Source: an uncultured Gemmatimonadaceae bacterium
GTDB taxonomy: Bacteria > Gemmatimonadota > Gemmatimonadetes > Gemmatimonadales > Gemmatimonadaceae
Assembly: GCA_963829055.1 (NCBI GenBank)
Contig: CAWHHI010000011.1
Coordinates: 64,001-128,000 of the forward strand
DNA: 64,000 bases
Direction of reading: 5' to 3'
A program made the translations under genes and the position numbers. The notes beneath the pieces were generated by a model that did no database searches, was not told the DNA's origin, and saw nothing but the letters and a program-made list of their open reading frames with translations. Positions 1-11,343 of the stretch are shown piece by piece. Numbering within the stretch: the first letter of the stretch is position 1; every line of letters starts with the position of its first letter.

Positions 1-520
1 GTGCAGGGCATTCGCTACGACGACATCCGCGCGGGGCTGCTCTCGTTCTTCCCCTCCCCGGCGTTGACGCCCGGCCGGCTCAACCTCATGCGCGTCGGGC
101 GCGGGCGTCTGCTCGTGGACTACGCGCATAACGCGGCGGCGGTGGGCGGCCTCATGGAGCTCGTCGCATCGCTCGATGCCAGTCGCCGCTTCGGTGTGAT
201 CACCGCGCCCGGCGATCGGCGCGACGAGGACATCCGCGAGCTCGGCCGGCTGGCCGCGGGGCTCGATCGCGTCATCGTGAAGGAAGACAACGACCGGCGA
301 GGTCGTGAGCCTGGCGAGATCGCGCGGCTGGTGCGCGACGGGCTCACGGCCGGCGGCATGTCGCCGGATGCGATCGAAGTCGTCGCCGACGAGATGGCCG
401 CAGTCGATCGCCTGGTAGCGAATGCTCGAGGACCACGACATCGGGGTCGTGCTCGCCGACGATGTGCCGGGTGTGCTCGACCATCTGCAGAGACGCGCGC
501 AGCCCGCGGCGGTGCCATGA
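1..520 (+). CDS. cphA: Cyanophycin synthetase, C-terminal Mur-ligase-like part (5' end outside window; +1 frameshift near 421)
   Basis: PGRLN, LVDYAHNAAA, PGDRRDEDI and KEDNDRRGREPGE motifs are typical of the CphA C-terminus. Removing one base at about 421 gives MLEDHDIGVVLADDVPGVLDHL... ending at TGA 518-520. Upstream of a cyanophycinase. Confidence 0.85.
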
Positions 521-1651
521 CCGTGAGCGACGCCGGCAAGCCCGGTGCGCTTCCGGATCCCGCGACGGAGATCCGGATGACGACGCTGCACGCGACGCGT
601 GGCGCGAACTACTGGTCGCGTCGGCCGGTGACGCGCGTGGACGTGATCGTCGGCGCGTACGACGACATCTCGTCGGCGCACGTACCCGGGGTGACGGCGG
701 CGCTCGTGGGAGCGATGCCCAGCCTCATCGAGCATCGCTGCAGCATCGGAGAGCGTGGCGGGTTCATCATCCGCCTTCGTCGCGGGACGTACATCCCGCA
801 CATCGTCGAGCACGTCGCGCTCGAGCTGCAGACGCCTCATCGGTCATGACGTTGGCTACGGCCGCACGCGCGGTGGCGACGTTCCGGGCGAGTACACGAT
901 CGTGTTCGAGCACATGCACGAAGAAGTCGGGATTCGCGCGGCGGCGCTGGCGCTCGACGTCGTTCAGCGCGCGTTCGCTGGAACGCTCGACTCGGTGGAG
1001 CCCGCGCTGGCCGAGCTGCGCGCGCTCGCCGCTCATCCGCAAGCGGCGCCGCTCAAGGCGCACGTCCTGTGCGGCATCACCGGCGGAGCATGGCGTGCCG
1101 AGACGAGGACGGAGCTTGCGAGCCGAGGCTTCGGCGTCGATGATGATCTGGTGGTGGATGTCGCGCCGGGATACATCCTCCAGGCAGGACTACCCTACTC
1201 TCGATCCGACGCCGCTATCGTGCTCGACGATCAACCGACCGACGTGCCCGAACGGTACCGTGACCCCGAGCGCGCATCGCGCCTCGTGTCTGTCGTGGCG
1301 GACGGCGTGCGCGCTGGCGGCTTGCTCGTCGCGCCGGCGAAATCGTGGGACGTGCAGGATCGCGCCCGCGATGCGGGTTGCCGAGTCGCGGTGTTCGCGA
1401 CGGATGCGAACATCACCGCGCGTGACAAGAAGGTCGCCGGCGCGGCGGCGTGGGTCGAGGATGGTCGCATCGTGTTGGAGCACGTCGATGGCGTCGTCGA
1501 TGGTGGCGCGGTTCGGGACGACGTCGCTCCGACCGTCCAGGTGGCCGCCGCGTTATGCGTCTTCGGCGTCGAGGCCCTGCGGCCCGACCAGCATCCCGGA
1601 CGGGGATCCGCGCGCGCCCTCGAGCACGTGAGCACGCATGGCGTCGGGTAG
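517..1651 (+). CDS. CphA-derived protein: CphA N domain fused to a degenerate Mur-ligase core, no ATP-grasp domain (about 377 aa after correcting a +1 frameshift near 835)
   Basis: ATG 517 overlaps the cphA stop (ATGA). RGANYWS, HRCSIGERGGFIIRLRRGTYIPHIVEHVALELQ and GYGRTR match the CphA N domain. GITGGAWRAET and DVAPGYILQAGLPYSRSDAAIV resemble a decayed M domain. Confidence 0.8.
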
Positions 1652-2594
1652 CGACGGCGCCCGCCGTCCTGCCCAGCGCTCCTCCACGTCCGCCGCGCGA
1701 CGTACTCCGGTCGATACGGCACGTGGCGCGCTCGTCCTCATCGGCGGCGCCTGCAGCCCCGACGGCGACGCGTTAGGTACGTTCATCCGTCTCGCCGGAG
1801 CCGATCGCGGTGCCGGGATCATGGGCTTCACCACGGCGTCGAGCAATCCTGTGCGCGCCGCGGCCGCCTGGCGGAAGGACTTCGCTGCGGCGGGTGTCGA
1901 GAACGTCGAGTTCCCGCTCGTGCAGAACCGCGACGCCGCGAACGACGCTGCGCTAGCCGATCGCGTGCGAGAATCGCCCGGCCTCTTCCTCGGCGGTGGT
2001 GATCAGGTGCACCTCATCGCGACGCTGAGCGGTACGCTGCTGGGCGCCGCGATCCGCGAGGCGTTCGTGCGCGGCGCGGTCGTCTGCGGCACGAGCGCGG
2101 GCGCGGCGGCGCTCACCGAGACGACGATGGCGGGCGGTGAGGTCGACGAGGATGGAAAGGAGGTCGAGATGTACATCGGCCCGGGACTCGGCCTGCTCTG
2201 CTTCGGAACGCTCATCGATACACACTTCGCGCAGCGCCGGCGACTGCATCGTCTCTTCGTGGCGATCGCCGGCTACCCGCAGCTCATGGGCCTCGGTATC
2301 GACGAGGACACGGGCCTGGTGGTGCGCGGCTCGATCGGCGAGGTGGTCGGCAAGGGTGGCGTCACGTTCGTGGACGGTCGCGACACGGTGCGCTTCGACA
2401 ACGCGAGCCAGGTGAAGAAGGGTGGCGAGCTGACGCTGAGTCATCTCCGCGTCGGGCTGGTCGGGACGGGACAGCTGTTCGATCTGGAGGCGAGAGAGCT
2501 CGTTAGGCTCGTTGCGTCGGAGGCCGTCGTCCGGGCCGGCAATGGTGAGGTGGGAACGAGGAACCGGGAACGGGGGACTGGAGCCGCTCGCTGA
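1638..2594 (+). CDS. cphB: Cyanophycinase (peptidase S51)
   Basis: LVLIGG, GGGDQ, GTSAGA nucleophile motif, DTHFAQRRRLHRL and GIDEDT; overlaps the preceding gene by 14 nt. Confidence 0.92.
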   Translation: MASGSDGARRPAQRSSTSAARRTPVDTARGALVLIGGACSPDGDALGTFIRLAGADRGAGIMGFTTASSNPVRAAAAWRKDFAAAGVENVEFPLVQNRDAANDAALADRVRESPGLFLGGGDQVHLIATLSGTLLGAAIREAFVRGAVVCGTSAGAAALTETTMAGGEVDEDGKEVEMYIGPGLGLLCFGTLIDTHFAQRRRLHRLFVAIAGYPQLMGLGIDEDTGLVVRGSIGEVVGKGGVTFVDGRDTVRFDNASQVKKGGELTLSHLRVGLVGTGQLFDLEARELVRLVASEAVVRAGNGEVGTRNRERGTGAAR

Positions 2595-2620
2595 CGGTTG
2601 TCATCCGAGCGAACGTCCGT

Positions 2621-2670
2621 GTCATCCCGAGCGGCAGCGAGGGATCTCCTCGAACGTGATTGGTGGCCAG
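2621..2670. repeat. REP-like family 1, half copy
   Basis: GTCATCCCGAGCGGCAGCGAGGGATCT is identical to the left arm at 36304. Confidence 0.7.
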
Positions 2671-2683
2671 AATTGCTGCGATA

Positions 2684-2802
2684 TCCAACACAGAAGGACG
2701 CGCGTCGCTGCTGCGCCTCGGGTTGCCCGTGCGGCAGTTTTCTGCGTCCTTCTGCGTTGCGCGCGCAGCGCCGCCTGCGTCATTCTGCGTCGCTGTTGGA
2801 CC
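2684..2802. repeat. Partial copy of palindromic family 3 (CAGAAGGACG / TTCTGCGTCGCTGTTGGACC)
   Basis: Right arm is nearly identical to 16656-16722. Confidence 0.75.
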
Positions 2803-2845
2803 TCGATAACCCACTGTATTCCAGAACGGGCAGAACAGCCCTCCG

Positions 2846-4312
2846 TTATCGCACGAAAACCCGGTACCCATTTGCCGGAATCTCGATCTTCCCGTCCGTC
2901 GCGAGCGACGCCGACGCCTTCGTGAACCACTCCGTGTACCCGCCCGGACGCGTTAGGCCGCGGTACGACACCGACGCCGGCTTGTCGGCGAAGTTGAGCG
3001 CCACCAGCACCGTGTTGTCATCCCGCGACCGTGTGAATGCGTACACACGGTCACCGCCATCGGTCGCCAGCTTCACCTGCGGGCCGCCCCACGGGCCGTT
3101 CGCGAGCGCCGCCTGCGTGTGCTTGAGGTCGAACACCGAACTATAGAAGTCCGCGAGCGACGGACCCGTCCAGTCCACCGTGTCCTTCTCGAAGAAGCGC
3201 AGACGCTTCTTCATGCTCACCTCCTGCCCCGTGTACAGGAGCGGCATCGACCGCTGCGCCGTCGCGCTCAGCACGAACGCCGGCTTGTGGTTCGCGCCCA
3301 TGCGCTCGAACTCCGAACCGTTCCAGCTGTTCTCGTCGTGATTGCTCGTGAAGTACATGCGATACGCGCCCGGGCCGTACACGCTATCGTCCTTGGCGAA
3401 GTACGCGTCGAGCGCCGGCGTACCCTGCTTCCCCTGCGCGATGGCGTTCATCAGGTGGTGCAGGTCCCAGCCGTACGTCATGTCGAACGCCGCATGCATG
3501 CGCGGGTCCTCGGCCTCGGCCAACAGGAACAGGGCCGGAGCGCGCACCTTGAGCGCGGTGCGTGCCTCTACCCAGAAGTCGACCGGGACGCCGCCGGCCA
3601 CATCGCACCGGAAGCCGTCGATGCCCGTACTATCGATCCACCACTTCATCTCGGCGATCATGGCCTGACGCAGCGCGGGATTGCGAAAGTCCAATTCGGC
3701 GACGTCCGTCCAGTCGGTCTCCTTCCCCTCGTTGTCACGCGCGTTCATGAGCGAGCCATCGGCGCGCCGCTCGTAGTAGTCGGGATGCGCTGTGACCCAC
3801 TCGTGATCGTACGCGGTGTGATTCGCGACCCAGTCGAGAATGACTCTCATCCCCCGCTGATGCGCGCCGGCCACGAACGCGCGGAAGTCCTCGATCTTGC
3901 CGAACTCGGGATTCACTGCCGTGTAGTCGCTGATGGCGTAGTAGCTCCCGAGCTTGCCCTTCCGGTTCTTGACGCCAATTGGCTGCACCGGCATCAGCCA
4001 CAGGATGTCGACGCCTAGCTTCTCCAATCGCGGCAGGTGCGTCTGCAACGCGGCGAGCGTGCCCTCGGGCGTGTACTGCCTGACGTTCACCTCGTAAATC
4101 ACCGACTTGCGCGACCACGACGGATGGAAATCCGGATCCGCGCTCGGCCGTGAAGCAGCGACGGGATCGTTAGGTCTCGCCGCGCTGCCCGGTGTCGCCG
4201 CCGCGCTCGATGCAGTCGCAGCCGCCGCGGAATCGCCACTCGCTGCCTTGGAAGAGGGCGAACACGCCAGCAGCGCGATCGCGGCGGTCACAGGGGGAAG
4301 AGCGGTGCGCAT
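2846..4312 (-). CDS. GH13 alpha-amylase family lipoprotein
   Basis: GGAG before ATG 4312; lipobox-like ALLAC; IYEVNVRQ, LDWVANHT, DGFRCDVA, LAEAE and NHDE conserved regions. Confidence 0.9.
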   Translation of the reverse strand: MRTALPPVTAAIALLACSPSSKAASGDSAAAATASSAAATPGSAARPNDPVAASRPSADPDFHPSWSRKSVIYEVNVRQYTPEGTLAALQTHLPRLEKLGVDILWLMPVQPIGVKNRKGKLGSYYAISDYTAVNPEFGKIEDFRAFVAGAHQRGMRVILDWVANHTAYDHEWVTAHPDYYERRADGSLMNARDNEGKETDWTDVAELDFRNPALRQAMIAEMKWWIDSTGIDGFRCDVAGGVPVDFWVEARTALKVRAPALFLLAEAEDPRMHAAFDMTYGWDLHHLMNAIAQGKQGTPALDAYFAKDDSVYGPGAYRMYFTSNHDENSWNGSEFERMGANHKPAFVLSATAQRSMPLLYTGQEVSMKKRLRFFEKDTVDWTGPSLADFYSSVFDLKHTQAALANGPWGGPQVKLATDGGDRVYAFTRSRDDNTVLVALNFADKPASVSYRGLTRPGGYTEWFTKASASLATDGKIEIPANGYRVFVR

Positions 4313-4362
4313 ATGAATCTCCGGCTGTGAGTCGTTCGGCCGACCCATCTGGCGATCGAAAA

Positions 4363-6018
4363 TCACGGTGAAGGCGAGAGCTGCACGACGTGCGCCTTCA
4401 TGGGCGCAAGCGTGACCGACGGCACGTAGCCTCGCACGCTTCCATCCGCAGCGACGGAAATTGGAGCGACATTCGCCCCGACCAGGCTCCGCGCCGAGTA
4501 CTGTCCCGCGGGCAACGCACCGCTCGGAAACGTGAGCGTCACGTTCGAGAGCGCCGCCTGCCCTACGTTCGCGACGACGAGCACCACGGTCGTGCCATCC
4601 CGGCGAAGATACGCGGCGACGGCGTCGCTCGACGCAACGAGTGGCAGGAAATCACCGCGGCCGAGCGCAGTGTTGCCTGCCCTGAGGTGAATGAGCGTGC
4701 GGTACGCCGCGAGCAGCGAGGTCGTGTCGGTCTCCTGCGCCGCGACGTTCGTCGTTGGCCAATTCGCGTTGAGCGGCTCCCACGGCGTGCCGCTCGTGAA
4801 CCCCGCCCCGGCCGACGCCGTCCACTGCATTGGCGTTCGCAGTTGCTCGTCCGGCTTATCGCCGGTCATCCCGATCTCCTCGCCGTAGTAGACGAACGGC
4901 GTGCCTGGGAGCGTGAGCAGGAGCGTCGCCGCGACCTTCACGCGCTGGGTGTCGCCGCCCAGGGCGGTCAGCGTGCGCGTCTGGTCGTGATTGCGCAGGA
5001 ACGTCGACCAGCGGGCGTTAGGCACCTCCTGCTGGAAGCGCTGGAAGCGTCGCATCAACGCCGACGCCGATCCCGTCCGCACGGCGGCGAGCAGATCGTC
5101 CGACAGATCGAACGCGAAGTACGACTCGAGCTGATCAGGATAGTAGGGTAGCATCTTGTCGATGCCGTCCCATACCTCACCGACCGTGAACGCCGTCGGC
5201 GCGACGGCCCGAACGTGAGCCGCGTACTCGCGCAGGAATGCGTGCGTCCCCGCCGTGCCGATTTGCTTCGCGCCCTCCTCCACCAGATACGGCACCGCGT
5301 CGAGCCGGAAGCCGTCGACGCCCATCTGCGTGAGCCAGAACGTGGCGATCCGCTTCGCCTCGTCCCGAACGGCCGGCGTATCGTAGTTCAGATCCGGCAT
5401 GCCCTGCCAGAAAACTCCATAGTAGTACTCGATCGCGCAGTGGCGAGCGGTGCCACACTTCCTGCCCCCACGGCCCGAGCTCCGCCGGCTTCGTCGCGGA
5501 CCATCGGAACCAGGCTCGGTGTGGCGCCGTCGGCCCACCTAACGCGTCACGAAAGTATGGATGCTCGCTCGACAGGTGATTCAGCACCATGTCGACGACG
5601 ACGGCGATCCCCCGCCGGTGCGCCTCGACCACGAGTCGCGTGAAATCCGCGTTCGTGCCGTAGTCCGGCTCGATGCGGTAGTAGTTCGTGGCGTCGTACC
5701 CGTGATAGCGTCGGCGACTCGGCCACCGGCATGAGCCACATGCACTGGGCGCCGAGATCCCGGCTCGTGGCGGGATTGCCGTCGTTGATGTAGTCGAGCT
5801 TCTCGGTGAGCCCGCGGAGATCGCCGATGCCGTCGCCGTTGCTGTCGTAGAACGACCGGACGAACACTTCGTAGCACGTAGCGCCGCGTCGCCAGTCAGG
5901 CACGGCGCTCGTCACCGGCGTGGAGGGCAGCAACGTGGTGTCGCGCTGCCGCGTGTTGGTCGGCGCGCCACACCCTACAGCCCGCGGAGAACGCGGCGAC
6001 GCGAGCGGGCGTTGTCAT
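4363..6018 (-). CDS. GH13 alpha-amylase family protein, probably a lipoprotein; split by apparent +1 frameshifts (about 5980, 5710, 5430); start uncertain
   Basis: [56 protein letters not shown] and YYGEEIG are spread over three ORF fragments; AVGC near the N-terminus. Confidence 0.82.
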
Positions 6019-6153
6019 TCCGAGCGCGTCGTCATTCCGAGCGGAGCGCCGAAGGCGCGCGCAGTCGAGGAATGCTCGGTCTTCCGGGTAGCAGGAGCCC
6101 TCTACCGCGGACCGTCACGATTCCTCGACTCGCTGTCGCTCGCTCGGAATGAC
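6013..6153. repeat. REP-like palindromic element, family 2
   Basis: TGTCATTCCGAGCG...GTCGAGGAAT...ATTCCTCGACT...CGCTCGGAATGAC inverted arms; related copies at 62834, 14521 and 53421. Confidence 0.8.
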
Positions 6154-6159
6154 CAACAA

Positions 6160-7734
6160 TCAATAGCCCGTGTTCTGCTTGAGGTTCGGGTTGGCGCTGA
6201 GCTCCGTCACCGGCAGCGGATACAGATTGCGGAATGCCTCCGTGGTCTTCCCCGCGGCCACGTTGCCCTTCCAGGCCCAGATGCCCGCCGTCGTGAAACG
6301 ATCGAAGCGAATCAGGTCCGTGCGCCGATGCCCTTCCCAGAACAGCTCACGCGCCCGCTCGTCGCGGAGGAAGTCGAGCGTCAGCTGTGCATCGGTGATG
6401 TTGCCGGTCGCGTTGCCGTAGGCCCGCGCGCGGAGCGCGTTTACGTAGGTCAGCGCCTGCGCGCGCGATCCACCGCCACCTCTCACGACGGCCTCGGCGT
6501 ACATGAGGTACGCGTCGCCGAGCCGGAACATCGGGAAATCGATGTCGGAGAAGCCCGTGCTCGATCCCGGCGCGCCCGTGGACGTGACGTTGCGATACTT
6601 CGGCGCACCGAGACCGGTGTTGAAGTCGGTGAGGTTCGTCATCGCGAGCGACTGGCCATCCGTGTAGAAGATCCCCGACCGCCGATCACCCGCACCCGTC
6701 GCGTTGGGGAATAGCGCCACGAACTCCGGTCGCGCGCGCAGTCCGTACCAGCCGCCATCGAGGCCGAACGCCGTCGCGTTCATGGTGCCACCGACTGCGG
6801 CATGCGTCAGGAACGTCGTTCCACCGAAGGATTGCGTCTTGGTCCCGTCGAACGGAACCGCGAAGATCAGCTCAGCAGACTTGTTGTTGTCGGCGAGGAA
6901 CAGCCGCTGATAGATCGGTTCGAGCTGGTACGAACCAGCGATCACTTTTTCGAGCTCCGTTCTAGCCTCGGTGGCGCGCTCGGTGCCGGTGTACACCTTT
7001 GCGTTCAGGTACACCTTTGCGAGCAGCATCGCCACGGCACCCTGGTCCGCACGCCCATAGGAAGCGCGCGGCGCCGGCAGCTCGGTCCGGATCGCCGTCA
7101 GCTCGGAGACGATGTAGTTGTACACTTCGGCGCGCGTACTCTGCTTCGGTGGCGTCCTGCCTAACGCGAACTCCTCGGTGACGAGCGGGATGTCGCCGAA
7201 GAGATCAATGCCGTGCCAGTAGCTGAGCGCGCGGAGGAAGCGTGCTTCGGCACGGTACTGCTTCACCTGCGCGAGCAGGTTACCAGTCACGTTGCGCGAG
7301 GCGAGCTTCTCATCGGTCGTTTCGCGGAGGAACTCGTTCACGAGCCCCACCTGGAAAAAAACGCGGCCGTACATCGCCTGCAGGAACTGGTTCGACGACG
7401 ACCACAGCTGCGTGTTGAGCTCCTGCACGCCGGCGTCGTTCCACGCGATCGCCGTTTCATCCGTCGGCAGCTCCTGCATCTGCCAGATCAGGCGGATGTA
7501 GCCACCGAACCCCTCGTCGATACCCTGGATGTCCGGGCGTCCTGCCGGGCCTTCCTGCCCGGACACCTGCAGGCCGCCATAGATCTTGGCGATGAATGCC
7601 TTGTACGAGCTCGGCTCGTTGAACGCGTTCACGTTCGTGAGCGAGCTCTTTGGCGGTGACGTCAGGTCCGTACACGCCGCGACCGTGACGAGTGTCAGTG
7701 CCGCAAAGAGCGTCGTCCGTGCCGTCGTCTTCAT
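6160..7734 (-). CDS. susD: RagB/SusD family nutrient-binding outer-membrane lipoprotein
   Basis: GGAG plus ATG 7734; lipobox VAAC; AEARFLRAL, FRLGDAYLMYAEA, ERARELFWEGHRRTDLIRF and terminal NPNLKQNTGY; downstream of susC. Confidence 0.92.
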   Translation of the reverse strand: MKTTARTTLFAALTLVTVAACTDLTSPPKSSLTNVNAFNEPSSYKAFIAKIYGGLQVSGQEGPAGRPDIQGIDEGFGGYIRLIWQMQELPTDETAIAWNDAGVQELNTQLWSSSNQFLQAMYGRVFFQVGLVNEFLRETTDEKLASRNVTGNLLAQVKQYRAEARFLRALSYWHGIDLFGDIPLVTEEFALGRTPPKQSTRAEVYNYIVSELTAIRTELPAPRASYGRADQGAVAMLLAKVYLNAKVYTGTERATEARTELEKVIAGSYQLEPIYQRLFLADNNKSAELIFAVPFDGTKTQSFGGTTFLTHAAVGGTMNATAFGLDGGWYGLRARPEFVALFPNATGAGDRRSGIFYTDGQSLAMTNLTDFNTGLGAPKYRNVTSTGAPGSSTGFSDIDFPMFRLGDAYLMYAEAVVRGGGGSRAQALTYVNALRARAYGNATGNITDAQLTLDFLRDERARELFWEGHRRTDLIRFDRFTTAGIWAWKGNVAAGKTTEAFRNLYPLPVTELSANPNLKQNTGY

Positions 7735-7793
7735 GACTCCCTCGAGCGCTGTAGTGATCCGCGTGGTCCGCGCGATCCGTGTGGTCGTAGTCA

Positions 7794-10782
7794 TCAGAAC
7801 CCCACCGTGAAGCCGGTCATGAACGTGCGCGACTGCGGGTAGATGTTCCTGTCGATCCCGGTGACGCCGGCCGTCGGATCGATGCCGGAATAATCGGTGA
7901 GCGTGAACACGTTCTGGATCGTGCCGAAGACGCGCAGCTGCTTCAACGATCCGAATTTCGGCAGCCGATATCCGATGGTGACGTTGTCCAGGCGCACGAA
8001 CGACGCGTCCTCGACGTACACGTCGGAGAAGTACTGCGGATTCACGAACCCGGTGTTGAGCACCGAGGCATCGAGGTTGCCCGGGGCGGCGCCTTTGACG
8101 GCGCTGTAGTGTCCGAGGTTCGAGGCAATGTTGTTGTACACGTAGTTGCCGAGATACGCGCGAAGCGTGAAGCTCCCGTCGAAGTTCTTGAAGTTCATCT
8201 GCGACGACGCGCCGAGGATCCACTTCGGTGCCGGACTCTTGTACGGACGGAGATCGTCCTGGTTCACGTTGCCGTCGCCATTGAGATCGACGTACAGGTC
8301 CTTGTCGTCGATGTTCTTGTCGCCGTTCGTGTCGGCGTACACCGGCTTGCCGTTCGCGTCGCGCTTGTGCTGGTACACGAAGAACGAGTTCACGGGGTAG
8401 CCTGGCTTCAGCACTTCGACGTTGCTGCCGACGCCGCCGTCAATGGGGCCGACGAGAATCTGGTTGCCGCCCGTCCCGCCGGCGTTGATCCCCAGCAGCT
8501 TGTTGTCGTTCTTTGCCGCGTTGAGCGACGCGTCCCAGCTGAACGCGCCGTTCGTCCCTTCGAACACGCGGTAGTTCAGTCCGAGCTCGATGCCGCGGTT
8601 TTCCATGCTGCCGATGTTCGTGGTGACGAAGTTCGACAGGTTCGTCCCCGCGGCCACCGGGACGTTGAAGATGAGATCCTCGGTTTTCTTGTAGTAGTAG
8701 TCGATCGTTCCCGTTAGGCGGCTCGACAGGAGTCCGAAGTCGAGGCCGACGTTCGTGGATGTCGTCTCCTCCCACTTGATGTCCGGATCGACCGCGCTCG
8801 GCCGGATGGTCGTCACGAACTCATCGCCGAACTGCACCTGCGCGAGGTTCGTACCGACCGTGTACGTCGAATACGCCAGATAGTTGTTGAACGCCTGGTT
8901 GCCGTTCACGCCCCATGAGAGGCGCAGCTTGAGGTCGCTCAGCCAGCCGACGTTCTTCATGAACGATTCATCGATCACGCGCCATGCGAACGCGGCGGAC
9001 GGGAAGATGCCCCACTGGTTGTCGGGGCCGAATTTCGATGAGCCATCACGCCGCACGCTGCCCGTGAGCAGGTACTTGTCCTTGAACGAGAGATTCGCGC
9101 GGCCGAAGAACGACACGAGCCGGCTCTCCTGCGTATCGAGGAATGTCTGCTGCGTCTTCGACCCCGGAATGCCGTTAGGCCCGAGGAGATCGGTGCTCAG
9201 ACCGACCGCGAGCGCGCGCGTCGAATCGTACTGGAAGTTCTCGTACGTGTAGCCGCCGGTGACGTCGAGATTGCTGCTGTATTTCGTGAACTGGTGGTTG
9301 TAGTTACCGAACAGTTCCAGCAGCGTGTTCAATTGACCCGGCGTGTTCTCGCTGAACGTGCCGCCGGTGCTGTTCTCGAGTTGCCCCTGGGCGGTACTGG
9401 GCGAGAAGCTCGTCCGCTGGGCCGTCGCATAGTCGTACCCGCCGCGAGCCGTGGCTGAGAGGCCGGTGACCCACGGCAGCTGATACTTGGTCTCGAGGTT
9501 GCCCACGCTGCGGTACTCCGTGCCTTCGTCCGTCAGCAGCTCGAGGTCCGACAGCGGGTTATTGGCGCCTAACGGGTCCGCCCACTGGAAGTACGACCCC
9601 GACGCGTTGCGGATCGGCTGCGTCGGCGCGAATGATGTCGCGGCGCCGAGGACGCCGTTTGGCGTGAAACGATCGTCGGTGCGGCTGCCCTTGATGTTCG
9701 CCCGCACGTCCAGCGCGTGGTTGAGCACCAGGTCGCCATACGAGAGGGCAAGGGATGTCCGTTGCGCGGTGCTGCCTTCGAGCACGCCGTCCTGGTTCAG
9801 GTAGCCTAACGATGCGCGGTAATGCAGGTCATCGCGGCCGCCGGCCAGTGCCACCAGGTGATCCTGCCCGAACCCCGAGCGCTGGATCGCGCCGCGCCAG
9901 TCGGTGCTGGCCGTGCCGAGCTTGCTCGTATTCTCCGGGGCATACTGCGTGACCGCCGAACGGAACTGCGTCGCGTCCAGCAGATCCGCCTCACGCGCCA
10001 CCGTCGAAGTGGAGACGGACCCCGAGTACGACAGCTGCATGCCCTGCGCACCCGACTTGGTCGTGATCAGGACGACGCCGTTCGCGCCGCGCGATCCGTA
10101 GATCGCCGTCGCCGACGCATCCTTCAGCACCGTCATGTTCTCGATGTCGGACGGGTTCAGGAAGTTGAGCGGGTTACGGCCCGCGTTCACGCCACCGCCG
10201 ACAGGCAGCGGCACGCCATCGAGCACGAACAACGGCTCGTTGCTGCTCGTGACGGACGTCCCTCCGCGGATACGGATGTTGACGGTCCCACCCGGCTCGT
10301 TGCTCCCAATCACCTGCACGCCCGGGACTTTCGCCTGAATGAGTTGCTCCGGACTGACGACGCGCCCGGTGTTGAACTGCGTCGAGTCGACCGACGCCAC
10401 TGCCCCCGTGCTATTGCGCGCCTCCTGCGTTCCGTACCCGACGACCACGATGTTGCTGAGCGTAGCCGCGGACGTCGCGAGTGAGAAGTCGGCAGTGGTC
10501 TCCCCGTTGGCCGTGACGGTGAGTCCGGTGACGGAATCGGGCGCGAAGCCGAGCCGGAGTCGCGCGCACGGTGTATCTGCCCGGCTGAACGGTGATGGTG
10601 TAGCGCCCGTCGTCACGAGTCACCGCGCCAGTCGTGGTTCCCGCCACGACCACCTGCGCGCCAGGGATGGGCCGGGCTCCTTCAGCGGAGGTGACTTTGC
10701 CGGTGATCCTTCCTGTTTGTGCGAGGACAGGCGCGCCTACGACGACCGTTGCTGCGAGAACGACAAACGCTGTTCGCCACAT
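7794..10782 (-). CDS. susC: SusC/RagA family TonB-dependent transporter (+1 frameshift near 10560)
   Basis: Signal peptide MWRTAFVVLAATVVVGAPVLAQ; carboxypeptidase-regulatory-like N domain; VVVGYG, PLFVLDG, LKDASATAIYGSRGANGVVLITTK and KWEET motifs; terminal F. Confidence 0.92.
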
Positions 10783-10889
10783 GATGGCTCCTGATGAAAC
10801 GGAAGGCGGAGACGACGCCACGTGCGTGGCCACGCCTCGGGGAAAGAATCGCGTGAATGCGTGACGTCGCGGGTGGTCGCGCGGATCGA

Positions 10890-10901
10890 GTAATCGTTTA
10901 C
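10890..10901. promoter_or_regulatory. Putative LacI-family operator
   Basis: GTAATCGTTTAC fits the GTAAnCGnTTAC palindrome; AT-rich site about 110 nt upstream of susC in the divergent intergenic region. Confidence 0.55.
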
Positions 10902-11343
10902 ATCGCACCAGCGATGCGGCGCTGCGGCGCGTCATGGACGGGGCATCATCAGCGACGGATCGCCGAAAGGCAGGGGCGCGCGGAGACCGCCGTCCGCGAG
11001 GGACACGTTAGGCGCGCGACACGGCGCCAGCACGGGCGTTGCCGGTTCATCGGTCCCCTCCTGCGAGCACTGTCCACCCCACCTCACCCCACCCTTCCCG
11101 GCGTGCACGCTACGAACGCACGGGTCCCGACCAACCGGGAATTCGCCTGCAGCGCTGGCTGGCAATCACGTTTCGTCCGAGAGTCGCCGCTGTCAAGGGC
11201 ATTAACGGTCACGAAGCGTCTGCCGCGACGGGCGGTACACCCGCTCGCGCGAATCATCGTCCGGGTATAGTCTCCTCCGACGTGGCCGGCGATCGGCTCG
11301 CCACGCGTTGCTTCACGATCACGTTCAGACCTGCTCCAACCCC

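Noticed and set aside
1..849. 282-aa ORF appearing to fuse a CphA C-terminus to a CphA N-domain (circular permutation)
   Set aside because: The join passes through an out-of-frame junk segment after 421. Removing one base restores a normal cphA end and a separate gene starting at 517.
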